Part shown: piece after piece, positions 10,792 to 23,600 of the stretch
How positions within the stretch are numbered: the first letter of the stretch is position 1
Layout: each line of letters starts with the position of its first letter
From: Trypethelium eluteriae
Lineage: Eukaryota
Assembly (NCBI GenBank): GCA_051942245.1
Contig: JAVECL010000248.1
Location: forward strand, 1-33,043
Length of the DNA: 33,043 nt
Direction of reading: 5' to 3'
The notes under the pieces: model-generated
The model's database searches: none
Told to the model about the DNA's origin: nothing
The model's input: the letters and a program-made list of their open reading frames with translations, nothing else
Program-made: the position numbers and the translations under genes

Positions 10792-12665
10792 ATGGCAACG
10801 ACCTCCGTACTAACGCCCATCAAACGCCGTGATGGCCTCTTTTCCTCGCGTACCGCCGGCGGACGCATGCCTCTGACTCCTTCGCCCAAGACACCACAAC
10901 GGACAACTGATGTGGGAGCAGAGTCAATCCATACCGGCGGCAACCTCATGGCACGCTTCTCTCGATCTGTCTCAAAGAACCACCATAAAGACTCGCCAAA
11001 GTCGAACATTGTTCGATCGACAAACTCACCACGACGACTAGAGCTCGGCATTTCGGACTACACCTTAACTGGTACTGGTCCATCTTCAACAAGACAGACG
11101 CCCTCAAAATCCCGAAGAGAAGGCTCAACACGTGCTGCCACACGCTCAGGAAAAACTACCGTAAGGGTAAACTACAATGCCGCCGACCGTTTCATTCCAA
11201 ATCGGACAGCCAGCGAGGCTGTCTGCAACGTCGGGACTGGTAAGCTGAATCGAGAAGATCAGCAGCAACAATCTCGTCCCAAGTCAAGCGCAAGTGAGGC
11301 CTCGTCAGTATTGTCAAATGCTGCGAGTGCGTTTGACTTGGGCAGGCGAGGATCGGAAGAGGACGCTACACTCTCCCTAGAAGGCCTTAGCATTGATGAC
11401 CGCGATGAGCCCACATCATACACGAAGCCAGCACCGGATCAGGTAGCATATCAATCAGAACTAGAGAAAGCTTGTGGCGTGAATTTGAACACTCGGATAC
11501 TTGCTTTCAAACCAGCACCTCCAGAATCATCCCGGCCGATCGATCTGCGCTCTCAGTACAACAGGCCACTGAAGCCTGCAACAAGCACTGCCGATGCCAA
11601 GCATCGCCGAAGGATCTTAACCGCTCCAGAACGCGTATTAGATGCACCCGGCTTGGTTGATGATTACTACCTCAACCTCCTGGACTGGAGCTCCGGCAAT
11701 CAAATTGCAATCGGCCTTGAACGCAACGTCTACGTCTGGTCGGCAGAATCCGGCACTGTCAGCTCACTGCTTGAGACCTCGGCTGATACTTACGTCTCGA
11801 GCGTCAAATGGAGTGGCGATGGCGCATACGTCGGCGTTGGCCTCGGAACAGGCGAGGTGCAGATCTGGGACGTCGAAGAAGGCAAGCAAGTCCGAAGCAT
11901 GTTTGGGCACGAGGCTCGTGTCGGCGTTATGGGGTGGAACAAGCACCTCCTGTCGACGGGAGCCCGCAGTGGTCTGGTTTTCAACCACGACGTCCGCGTT
12001 GCCCAGCACAAGGTCGCCGAGCTCGTGTCTCACACGGGTGAGGTCTGCGGTCTTGAGTGGCGCGCTGACGGCGCTCAGCTGGCAACGGGTGCCAACGACA
12101 ACTTGGTCAACATCTGGGATGCGCGATCGTTGAATGCACCCAAGTTCACGAAGACCAACCACCGTGCTGCAGTCAAGGCTCTCAGCTGGTGCCCATGGCA
12201 ACCGAACCTACTTGCGACGGGTGGTGGGACGCACGATCGACACATTCACTTCTGGAATACGACGACTGGAGCACGCACAAACAGTATTGATACGGGCAGT
12301 CAAGTAACAAGTCTACGGTGGTCAGGCCACTACAAGGAAATTGTGAGCAGCAGCGGCTTCCCTGATCACAGCCTGAGCGTCTGGAGTTACCCAACGCTCG
12401 TGAAGAATGTGGAGATTCCGGCACACGAGTCGCGAGTGCTGCAGAGCTGTCTGAGCCCTGATGGCCAGGTGCTTGCCACTGCAGGTGAGAATCCATGTTT
12501 CTCAAGATGACTTCTGGGGGTGATTTGCTAACCGAGATTGTAGCTGCCGACGAGAGTCTCAAATTCTGGAAGATTTTCGAGAAGAAACCAGGCTCAGGCT
12601 CTAGTGTAGCAGGAGCAGCGAGCTCATCGAAAGGGTCAATAGTCAAGCAAATGACGATTCGATAG
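10792..12665 (+). CDS. CDC20: APC/C activator Cdc20/Slp1/Fizzy WD40 protein, ~604 aa
   Basis: Exons 10792-12484 and 12544-12665. C-box DRFIPNR, Mad2-binding-type RILAFK, RVLDAPGLVDDYYLNLLDWS, WD40 repeats, AADESLKFW, and C-terminal IR tail (MTIR-stop). Confidence 0.96.
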
Positions 12666-13292
12666 ATGCCAGCTGTCATTTGAAGGGGAATGTATGCGAG
12701 AGCGGAAGGATGAACAGCTTCGAGATTCCACTCACTCAGAGATCGGACAACAGGTAAGTATCGGTAGGTAGTTCGTACATGTACGGTACTCGGGACAACG
12801 GAAACGATACGATACATCTCATGAGGATCGATGGGAACGGAGGTTGGGTCATCGGTTGGCGAATTGACTGGCGCTAGGACAGGGGCAGTTTTGTCAAGTT
12901 AACTCAGATCATTGCTCCATTTGGCCTATTCAAGATTTCATATTGTCGCTCATTTTGTGCTAGAGACAGACCTATAATAATCAATGTCTCATTTCACTCC
13001 TCTATAGTTGCTTTTGCTTAAGAGAATTCTCTTCAAAAATGGGCAGGCTCTTACCAATGAATGCAGTTGAGTGCGCCCCTGTGAGTGCCTCACATTTAAG
13101 ACAGACCAAAGGCGGGAAAGTTTAGCTAGAATGAGGCCTTCCGTCGTAGTCTCTGGATCGAATCAATCACTGCGGCCGAAAAGTGGTGTTCGATGCGCTA
13201 CAAGTGTTGCCTGCTTGCACGACGGCACAATGAAGCCCATAAATCAGTGGCTTCTTGAATTCAGGAACAGGTATACCCTAATCTGCCCTCGA

Positions 13293-16200
13293 CTAATACC
13301 TTTCCTCTCGGTAACCTTCAGAGTAGCCACTACCGCCATATCTCGGCTGCTCTCCATATTCATCCTCTCCCCCATAGCCTCCTTGCAGTTCTCCCTCACC
13401 ACGACCATACCCGCTATCTCCTCCCCGTTGATATCCGCTACCATAGCCACCGAATTCTGAGCGCTCTTCCCGACGCTCATAGCCTCCTTCGTACTGTTCT
13501 TCACGTCTTGCACCGTACGAGTCTCTAATGTTCTGGCCAGGCTCCCGGTATTCGTCACGGGAAGAAAAGTCTTGCTCGAACGTCGGTCGGCTTTCTTCAT
13601 ATTCGCGTCCGTAAGAAGATCGTTGCTGGTATTGTGATGAGCGCTCTTCTCCATAGCCGCCTCCGTATTGCCGTTCGTCCCTGCGTGTGCTGGTCTCATA
13701 TCTCCCTCCATAGCCTTCCCTTTGGTTGTATCCTTCATTCTGGCGATGCTCAAAGCTATCTCCTCCCCCATGACGGCCATACTCATTCCCTCCCTGTTCC
13801 TCATAGCCAGCGCCTTGTCTTCTTCTTTCTTCTTCCTCTTTCCTTCTCCTCTTCTCCTCTTTTTCTCTCTTCTTTCTTTCTTTTTTCTGTCGTTTCTCCC
13901 AATCATCATCATCGCCATCTTCTGAGTCCTCGGAGTCAGAATCGGAGCCGTGCTTGCCGTAATGCTTGCCGTGATGTTTCGTCTCGCTTGCGAAATGTTC
14001 TCCACGAGCATTGATTCCCTGTGTCTGAATATCTGTGTCCCACACCCCACCGGGCCTCTCATACTTCCGCTCCGTGATTTGCTCAAAGCCTCCACCGTGC
14101 ATTGGCCGTTGCTCGACGCTCTGCTCAAATCCGTATCCAGTCCTGCCCGCTCGCCCATCTTGCTCATAGCGATCATACTCTTCTCTAGACCCGCCAGTTG
14201 CGAATTCGGTGCGCTTGTACTCAGCCTGGCCATACCGCTCCTCTTGCCTATAGCCACCAGGTCGATGAGCAGTCTCTTGGATGGACTGGGTGTAGGACCC
14301 GTCCTGCTCAACCTTGCGGGATTGGTAGGATTGATGCTCGTCCTCCTTCTCACCAAACGCACCGCCAAGCAGCGAAGCTCCCACTCCGCCGACAAGACCA
14401 CCGACTACAGTACCAAGTGCACCGCCACCAACAGCATCACCCGCCACCTTACCCACAGATTCGAATGCAGCGCCAGTGCCGCTAGCAGGTCGTCCCTGAG
14501 GAAGGAGGCTTGCAAACCCACCTGCAGAGCCACTCGCGGCTTTCGCGCCCGGTTTCCACATCGGCTTTCCACATCCGTGTCCTGAATCCGAAACACCCTC
14601 CTTATGGTTATCCCCTCTCTCCACCCCTTCACGGCTTAATTTTGCTCTGAGCTCCTCCCGCTCCGATTCGCTCTTCTCACCCCACCATCGCTCAACTGTA
14701 CCGAACATGAGATTGCGTCCATCACGGGCTCCATCGTCGCCGTACATGCGCATAGCGGGATGGTGGAAGACGCCATTGATGATACGGGTGATGGTACGAT
14801 TGGGATCGATACGCTCGTCGTCCCACGCTGCGATGAGCTGGGGCACAACCCATGTTAGCACCGACGAGGCGACACGGCCGGCGGGCTCGTTGAGCACGTT
14901 GGAGAAGTGATCCTTGGAGAGCATCGAGTGGGTTGGATCGGTGGAGGAGTCGTCGTGGAAGACAATGAGCTGCTTGTCCTTGCTGCTCTGGATGATCTCT
15001 TCGCTACCTGTCTGGAGTTCGTTTTGCACTTCGTTGATGATGGGAAGTACAAATGGCGCGATGAGGGAAAAGACGAAGATCTGGACCTGCTCCTGGATCT
15101 GCTCGATAAGGTCAGGCAATACTGGGATCTGTTCGATGGCTTCGTTGATGCTCTGCATGAGCTCGTCGTGGAACTCGAGAACCGGATAGATCTGCTTGCT
15201 GATTTCTTGTAGCTCACGTGTCCAGGCTTCGGGCTCTTTGGGTGTGACGGACATTGCTTGCATTTGGGCTGCAGCTGCATTTGCCTGGAGTTCATCGGCA
15301 GTCGCAGCGTGGTCCTTGTCGCCGAAGAGGCCGGATGGAAGCTGGCCAAGGAGATTCTTGAGGAGACTCGTGTCTGATTGCTGGGACGCATGCAAGGTGC
15401 TATCGAGCTCTTGGATCTCGGATTGGGCAGCTTTATCAGAGAACTCACCGCAGACTGAGTGTAAGAAATCAACTCCCCCAAAAGTACCGGTTACAATTGG
15501 AAAGACCGGTTGGCGAGCTCCTTGGATGTGGACTTGTGTTCGGCGTCCGACATGTGGGAAGACTCCCCGTTCGCCCAACTCGATAAGAGCGAGTTCCGTA
15601 TAGTTCGAATGAGCAGAGTAGTCTTCCAAGCAGTGGCATCCCGTTCCAAGCAGGCGCAAGGCTTCGTACAAATCAGCTTGGTTTCGTGACTGCGCGTACC
15701 GGCGGCCAAGGAATATCGATCGTCCAAAGAGATCACGTACAAGACCAGCAGAAGTGGTGATTCTCATGTCTTCGGAGGCTATATAATGTTTCAGGCCTGT
15801 CCGTTGATCGATTGATAGTTCCTTCCGCTCATCAACAGGTCCTCGTAGCCGCCGATCGTAATGACGAGCGTCGATGTTGTCGGCATAGTCTTTTGGATTG
15901 TCAATATGCTCCTCAGGCCTTTACTATTAGCTAGACCCCCAGCTGAGTTTGGTGAACGGAGATACCTGTAGCAGCCCAGTCTCTCGCTGGTGACTTCGAA
16001 TTCCTTAGTACCGTACCCGAAGCTCAGAAACCCCAGCACCCATAGCAGAATACGAATTGCTTCAGCAGAAACATATTTGACCGTGCCAACATCAACTGCC
16101 TGGGAGTAATCGCGAAGCCAATTACCAAAGTAGACACGCTTTACGTCCATTTTACTGAATTTCTTCCCGCCAGCTGCTCGCGAAATGAGGAGGGTGAGAA

Positions 16201-16366
16201 GGGTATCTTCGATGTCCCCATGACGCCAATTCTGACCCTCGATCCGAGCTGTAGATCCGATATTACCTGCGCCAAAAGCATGGGTAGGACGCGCTGAGAA
16301 GATAAGAAAGAGCACGATACAAGAGAAGATCCCGACCGCAGAGGGCCGCGTCAAGGCGAAGCTCAT
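13293..16366 (-). CDS. Het-C domain protein (probably the TinC-like paralog) with Gly/Tyr/Arg/Glu-rich tail, ~1008 aa
   Basis: Exons 16366-15966 and 15918-13293 (47-nt intron). Signal-peptide-like N-terminus, AFGAGNI..NWRHGDIED, VYFGNWLRDYSQA, RPEEHIDNPKDY, HCLEDYSAHSNY, VTGTFGGVDF, DPTHSMLSKDHF. Confidence 0.92.
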
Positions 16367-16986
16367 CTTGGGAGGTCGTGAAGGAGAACAGAGATGACAG
16401 TAGAGACGTAACAGTCAGGTAGTATTGAGGGTCGAGGCTACTGCTCACTGCAAACGTGTGAAGTTCAGGCGGGCAGCAGCGACCGACGCCCCAGGACAGC
16501 GTCGCAGCTGCCCAGCTGTGGCACGAGCATGATTGCCAAGAGTTTGCCAAGACGCAGAGACAAAGTCAAGGCTAGCTCCCCAAGGATTCGTATACAATCG
16601 CGATGATGTCAGTCTTGGCCCACTACTGCAAAGTGTTGCTCGGTGAAGCAAACATTCACCGCTGGAGAAGTAGAAGTAGTAGGATTTTAGCAGACCTCTG
16701 GCTAATCTAGCTAAATTCCCACCCTGCAGGGGTCATGGCAGTTGATGCGTTCCACTCCTATCAAATACCTTGTACCATAAACATGAGTCGCAAACTGTCA
16801 GCCCAACGTTGCAAGCTTGCTTGAACTCATACTTCATTCAAATGATGTCTATTCTAATTATGTTTCGTATCATGCCCGTATGTACAGGAGCAGCGCTAAA
16901 GTAGCGACGCGGGAAAGGCTGCAGCCCTATGAAAAACCATGCAATGTCAAATTCATACATCGTGAGACGCGCAGCTGCTCTACCAT

Positions 16987-18347
16987 TCATGTGGTAGTAC
17001 CATTCACTACTCCATTTGAATTTTGCAGCTCCTGTTCCTGAGCAGATACTAGGCTCTTATTCGGAGCGGGATTAAGCACATTCGTAGCGTCAATCAATGG
17101 CGCTGATGGGTTGAGCTCGAGACCGAACCCTGGTTTGTCGAGCTCCACGACATCGAGGTATCCCTTTTGGGGAATTGGCTCGTTCGTGAAAAGGTTGCCA
17201 AAGACTGGCAGGACAGATTTGCCGTCGGGAGAATTAGCGAGGTACTCTTGAAAGGGCGAATTTGCTTGAGAAACAACGAAATGGTAGCTGTAAGGGCCGG
17301 ACGCGTGAGGGACGACGGGTATGTCATAGGCAGAGGCCATGGCTGACACTTTGAGCAATTCTGTCAAGCCTCCAACCCACATCACGTCGGGTTGAAGGAT
17401 GTCGAGATTCCGGCCCTCGATGAGCTTGCGGAATCCGTATCTTGAATATTCATGCTCGCCTGTGGTGAATTTGGTGGTCGGATGGGCGCGTTTGATCAGC
17501 TCAAAGCCTTCAGTATCATCAGGGGATAAACATTCCTCGAACCAATTGATGTTGAGATCTTGACATCGCTTGGCAAGTTCGATCGTATATGGCACATTTA
17601 AGCTCATGTAACAATCTACCATGAGGGGAAAGTCGGCGCCGACACTCTCGCGGTGTTTCCGTAGGAATTCCACATTCTTCAGCATACCGTCATTGCCCTC
17701 GCCAGGACCATACGGCAAAGGTACTTTGGCGCCAAAGAAGCCCATCGCCTTAGCAGCAGCTGGTTCAGGACCAGTACAATAGAAATTCAGTCGCTCACGT
17801 GTTGCTCCTCCGATCAGCTTGTAGACCGGCTCATTTCTAATCTTACCCAGCAGATCCCAGATTGCTAGATCAATGACGGAGATGACGGCCACTGGAAGTC
17901 CCTTACGTCCGTAGAACATTGATGCTCGATACATCTGTTCGAACATGTGGTTTGTATCTCGCGGATCTAGGAATGCGGTTAGGGAAATGGTATGATGTTG
18001 TTGTCTTTGGCTTGGCCTCCGATACCTGATCCAATCAAAAATCTCTCGAAGTGCTCAGTAACTAGCCAGCAAGCTGGTGGACCACCAAACCCAGTGGCAA
18101 ATCCTTTTGAACCGTCTGATGCCTCAATTTCAACGCAGAATGAACCGAGAACATTTATGCCCCAACTTGTGCGCGACTTCCGATACTGCTCATACTGAGA
18201 CATGGGAGTCGAGATTTTGGAGTCAATCAGCCAGTGGCCTCCTTCCACATTGTGGTAATCGCCTCCCGATCCCAAGCCTTGTATCAGGAAAGTCTTCACG
18301 GTTTTGATTTTGGGAAACGTTTGGACAGCTCCCTTTGGGGTAACCAT
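16987..18347 (-). CDS. lraC: L-rhamnonate dehydratase (enolase/mandelate racemase superfamily), ~433 aa
   Basis: Exons 18347-18026 and 17966-16987. N-terminal GSGGDYHNV.GGHWLID..STPMS..SRTSWGINVLG typical of RhmD/LRA3; KVP, MVDCYM, WFEE, TGEHE, QPD, VVPH. Divergent from an RhaR-like transcription factor. Confidence 0.9.
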
Positions 18348-18768
18348 GGTGATTGCAGAAGCAAAAAAGGGAGTCGATGAATGTCGAAAGTATTAAGGAA
18401 GATCAGAAGTCCGACTTACAAAGATATAGCTGGGTCAGAGATACCCAGTATCAAGCATTTACCTGCATCACATTGCTGGGAGGCTGTTGCTCGGGGTATC
18501 TTGACCGAAGGAGCTCCTGGGTTAAGCCACGAGGCCAGCTGCAGGCACGCTAGAACCCCGGCTCGTGCCTCGTTCCAGTGAGCTCCGATTCGTCCCGGCA
18601 TTCAGTCTGAACGCAGCTACATTTCCGTCTGGTAAACGGCAAGAGCTTTTGCGCGCCCGAGGATGAAGTCAAGCGGAGGTCGGGCTCCCCGCAATTTTCT
18701 TTTCCTCTCGGCCCTGGTCAGGCATCATTCCACCGAAATTCAACTCGGATCAAAGCCTTCGCGACCAT
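18348..18768. promoter_or_regulatory. Shared divergent promoter of lraC and rhaR
   Basis: 421 bp between head-to-head ATGs. Contains several CGG/CCG triplets, including the inverted pair TCGG-N10-CCGA at 18491-18508. Confidence 0.6.
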
Positions 18769-21457
18769 ATGGCTGGGCCAGCAATCAATCCACAATACAC
18801 TAGCCCGCAAAACCAGCAGTCGCCAGGCTCGCTATCGACCTCCCTCTCCCACCATGATGGCTTTGCTGGAAGCCCCGGCCAGAGGAACCCGAAGGACCAA
18901 GTCGAGGGCGATTGGAGTGCAGACGACAGCAATGGAGGAAGCGGCCAGGACTCGTCGCGGAAGCGCAAGAGACCCATGTCGGTATCGTGTGAGCTCTGCA
19001 AGCAGAGAAAAGTAAAGTGTGCGTTAAGACCTCCCTTCACAGCCTTGAGACCTATACTGACCATGGCAAGGTGATCGAGGCCAGCCAAGCTGTGGTTGGT
19101 GCGTGCGAAACAACCAAATCTGCGAATATAGAGAACGCAAGAAACCAGGTCTGCGAGCAGGTTATGGGAGAGAACTTGAAGCTCGTCTTGGTAGGAACTC
19201 CAAGCACTACATCCAATTCCCATAATAATTAACTCCGTCATGTATTAGATCGGCTCGAAGAGATTCTTCAAACCCAACAATCTGCAATTACGCAACTAAC
19301 GAACAACGCCATCAACGGCGGTGCTGCACCGACTGCAACCTCTCATGAGCAACCGGTCTTCAAGAGTCCGCCTCCGCCATTACCGCAGACACCTCACGTA
19401 CCTCGTCCAGAGACTGCCCTCTTTTTGCAAAAGCCATCTACCTTCCCCACTCAACCATCACCCATTGAGTATGGCAACGTCTTCAACGGGAACACCACTC
19501 AGCCCAATGGGTTCCAGCAGTTACCGTCTGTCAGCGAAGGCCTAAGGCCACCTTCTCTACCTGGCTTACCACCAACTCCTCGAGAACTATATACACCGGG
19601 TCAGCCACCCGTACCATCTTTAGGATCTCCAACTTTGAATGTGCCAGGAGCCGCTCCAGGCGTACACAACGATCATTCTACCGTGCAAGATGAGAAGCTT
19701 CCATCTTATGATCTTTTGTACGCCTTGGTTGACTTGTATTTCCGGCATATAAACACCTGGTGTCCGATACTTCATCGAAGGTCAACATTGGACTCGCTTT
19801 TTGGAGGGTCTGCTCTTGATGAAGCAGATCGCATCCTGTTGCACGCAATCGTCGCCACTACGCTTCGTTTCTCAACAGACGAGCGGCTTACCCCGGAGAG
19901 TCGGGCGCGATATCATTCCCTTTCCAAGCAAAAGGTCCTACTTTATGGGCTTGAGAACAGCTCGGTGAAAGCTCTTCAGGCTCTGGTAATCCTGGCCCTG
20001 GATCTGGTGGGTGCTTCAAATGGCCCTCCAGGTTGGAACCTTCTCGCCCTCATCACCAGGAGCGTTGTGCAGCTAGGTCTTGCCGTTGAAGCGACGTCAG
20101 CGTCAGTCTCGCCAAATTACCCATCAATCTATACGATCCGGGCGATGGTCTTACCTGAAGCAAAGGACTTCATCGAAGATGAGAGCCGCCGGCGATTATT
20201 CTGGATGGTCTACATTCTCGACCGATACGCCACTATTGCGACGGCCTTTGAGTTCGCTCTGGACGAGAAAGAAATTGACCGGAAATTGCCCTGTCGAGAC
20301 GATTTGTTTGGGAAAAATCAGGCAGTCGAAACTCGATGGTTCAAGACGGAAGAAAGATCTAGACCAGATGAGCGGCCAGAGCTTACTTTGAACAAGCCTG
20401 AAAATTTGGGAGCATTCTCTCACTACGTCGAGATCATCGGTATCATGTCACGTATCCACCTATTCTTGAAAAAGCCGGTGGACATTGGTGCCTTGGCTGA
20501 TGTGGAGCAATGGCAAAAGGAATACCGCGCGCTCGATAGCCTGATCAACGACTGGAAATACAGTCTGCCTACTGAATTCGGTAATTCCAGTAGGCTACTA
20601 AACCCACCCAGCAATAATAAAGCCATCAACTGTGGCTGGATCATGTTACATGCAACCTATCACACGTAAGCTATGCGTCATACGGGAAGATTGTTAGCTG
20701 ACCATTGGCCAGGACCGTTATTCGGCTCCATTCTTCCGCGGCATATCCTACAACCAGGAGCCCCATCTTCACGCCATCCTACAGTGCCAGCCAAAGGTGC
20801 CTAACGGCGGTAGAAGAGATTGCGTCACTGTGTAACTATGTGAAGAGCAACGCTCTCTTGCCCAAACTTGGCCCGCCGTTTGCCTTCTCGGTGTGGGTCG
20901 CTGCGCGACTGCTGTTGGTCCACGGGTCAACGATCGAACATCAAGTCAATTCCTCGATTCACCTGTTTGTGGATACGCTCCGAGACATGGGTGGTTTCTG
21001 GCACGTAGCTGAACGGTACGCCGCACTGTTGCAGCGGGTGCTGGAAGAATACCGCGAATCCGAGAGTGGACCTCCGGGCGCAAACGGCGAACGTGAAACA
21101 CCCTCAACGGTCCGTATTCTGGCTGATATGCGACGTTGTGCCTATGACCTCGACTGGCTGATCTCACGGCAGCCGAAGCAGCAGCAGCAGCAGCAGCAGC
21201 AGCATACGGCGGCGAGGCTCGCGTCTGCAACGCCAGCAGCTCGTACGCCGGCTCCGAACGAACTCGAGTATCTCGATGTCTTCGATTTTTTCAACATGCC
21301 GCGACTTCCGGCCCAGACAGACGGTCCGATGGCGAATGGAAGTGGGAGCGGAGTCGAGAACGTGGCTACCGAGGCAGGGGCGATTGCCAACGAGTTCAAC
21401 ATCACAAACTTCATGGTCGATGTCAACTCGGATTGGTTTATGAAGAATCCCGCTTGA
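18769..21457 (+). CDS. rhaR: Zn(II)2Cys6 transcription factor, L-rhamnose regulator RhaR-like, ~843 aa
   Basis: Exons 18769-19018, 19071-19190, 19249-20665, 20713-21457. Spliced binuclear cluster CELCKQRKVKCDRGQPSCGWCVRNNQIC, KKPGLRAGYGRELEARL linker, and fungal TF middle domain (RRRLFWMVYILDRY). The gene name is inferred from adjacency to lraC. Confidence 0.85.
21179..21202 (+). repeat. (CAG)8 microsatellite encoding polyQ in the RhaR C-terminus
   Basis: Eight uninterrupted CAG codons in frame. Confidence 0.95.
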
Positions 21458-23600
21458 GTTCATGGCAGGCCTTACCGAGACTGGGGAGTTGGGGCATTTC
21501 TGAGAGGCAAACGCTCGGAAAACTGCAAAGGGAAAGAGAGCCAATTGGCATGATATTGATGAGATGCCGGGCGTTTTTCGCAAGCGCAATGCGCACTGGT
21601 GATGCCGCATTTGCCGAGCGTCGAGCAGTGGATGCGGAAGATGAGAATGAAAGTGAGGTCGGAAGTATGTCCGTAGCGTCGGGGCTTTGAGAGAGGCTTT
21701 GGCATTCCATCGCGTTCCTTGTAATGTCACGCTTAGATATTAGCTCCTTGTAGCTAGTCCTCAAGATGACAATGGTCGTGCTGGCCAACTCGCTAGAAGC
21801 CGCTAGGACTTGCTCGAAAGTGTTAGGTAGACAGACATGCGCTCCAAAGAGGCAAGAATACAAAAAACTACGATTAGACAGGTACGGGATTCTCAGTGGA
21901 GCAGGCGTGGCGCGTGTGCAGGGTCCGAGGGTTGTGCCTGCCGCTCCTGTCCTTGCCCCAATTGGGTGTCAATGCCTTTCTAAGCGCCACAGCCCCGCGG
22001 AGAGAGGCTTTGCACGCAGCAGCCACACGCTGGATCGCCTACTCAATTCACCGATTAGGGCGAATGCAAAGCTGCGGATCTCCCACCACACCGTCGGCAG
22101 GATTTCAATATCGACTTCTTTATGCCCCCTCATCCACACCGTCTCACGCGAACGCTCCTGACAGTGCGGAGTGGGGTGGATGAAGGGAGTGAGCAGATCT
22201 CCTCCAGTCCAGTACGAGTGCGATGATTCTCGGTGAGAGGGTCTTGCCTGCCAGACCGGCCGGCACCGCCGTAGATGGCATGGCTGATCTTGCACCACCT
22301 GAGCCAAGGACAGACGCAGTTGGTACCTGTTGTCTTTGTACCATCTCTCCCGCTTCAAAAATAGAGCACCCGTTGTACCTGCCCATTGACGGATCATCGT
22401 CGGACGAGCCCGTCGCTCCATGGTGCCATGGTCTCGTCAACGGTCTCGTCTCGTCTCCCTGCTGTTCCGATAATTCTTGCGGTGTAAGTAATGACCTTAC
22501 TGTGCTGGATTGACCACGTCTTTGTTGATGACTACATCATCGACCAAACAAGACTCCCCTCAGCGCGCCTATTGCAACGACGGGGCCGTGATGTATTGCG
22601 CAAGTGCTCACTTCTGACGCGCTCTTACGGTTTTTGGTCCCCACGGTGCCCACGCTCCTCACTCTGTCTGGGGCTATGCTCGCAAGCCCCGGCCGACTCG
22701 CCTTGAAGCCTTCTTGGCCGTTCCTGGCCTCGTCCGCGCCTGACATGCGTTTGCAAGTTAGCCTCGGGAGATCTGAGGTTTGCGCTTAGATCTCGAAAAC
22801 GGAAAAGGAAAAAAAAGGTCCATGAGCAGCGCATCTCTTCCGATTTTCGGCCATCCCTTCACCCCTTGTCGACCCAGCACCCTGAATACCGTTGCTGGCC
22901 TTACCCATGAACGTGGGCCCCCATTTGGTTGCTGACCACATGAAGCCTCTATAGAAGCTTCTTCGACAGCCCTATGCGAAATGACGATTCCGTCATACTT
23001 CCCGGGCTTCGTGTTGATTTGTCTTCGAACAGGAACCAAATGCCCCCACTTCGAAACATCCGGGAAATACTTAGCTGAGAGCCGCACGGTCCCTCTCCTC
23101 GCTCACTCGCTCCATCATCCCAAAGCCACACTGCGCTGACAGCTAAGGGCTCTACCATGACACCACCCCCTAGCCGAACAGAGAATTAGTCTCAGGAACT
23201 CGATTTTGTTCCCAAACGGCCTTGCTGCACGCCCTAGCTCTGCTAATGCAAGATACAGCCAGCTGCAGGATGACTGGCCCATTGCCTGGCGTACGAGACC
23301 TGCTTTTGGTTGCCTTCCGGTCATCATATGTACTTTTGTAACGGCTTTTTTTCGAAGACGGCCAGTATGTTGGTCTCGTTCAGTCATCAACCCTATGTCG
23401 ACCTTTATAAACTGACTCGTTGCCACCCGGGGTCTTGCACCTCCCTTATTCCCCTTCACAGTCTTTCCTCGCAGTTGAGCGTTCAAGCATTGTCAGCCTG
23501 TCGTTCCTTCTTCTCTTTCGCCTTCATCAGACAGTCTATTCCGTTCTAGTATATCACCTTGTATTTCTAGACCTACCTTCGACGATTCGCGCCGCCCAGC

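Noticed and set aside
10792..12665. CDH1/Fzr instead of CDC20
   Set aside because: RILAFK motif, ERVLDAPGLVDDYYLN and the MTIR tail fit Cdc20/Slp1; Cdh1 typically has KVLDAPELxDDFYLN.
13244..14585. Long alternative-frame ORFs (385 aa on -, 211 aa on +) overlapping the Het-C tail
   Set aside because: Shadow frames produced by purine-rich low-complexity coding sequence; no recognisable domain.
16987..18347. L-galactonate dehydratase (GaaB/LGD1) as an alternative call
   Set aside because: The N-terminus has the GGDYH..HW..TPMS..SRTSWGINVLG signature of rhamnonate dehydratases, not the DVRFPTS..GSDAMN start I recall for LGD1/GaaB.
21500..23550. Many 60-190 aa ORFs on both strands downstream of rhaR
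   Set aside because: No motifs, non-protein-like composition, and no consistent exon chain; treated as UTR/promoter sequence.
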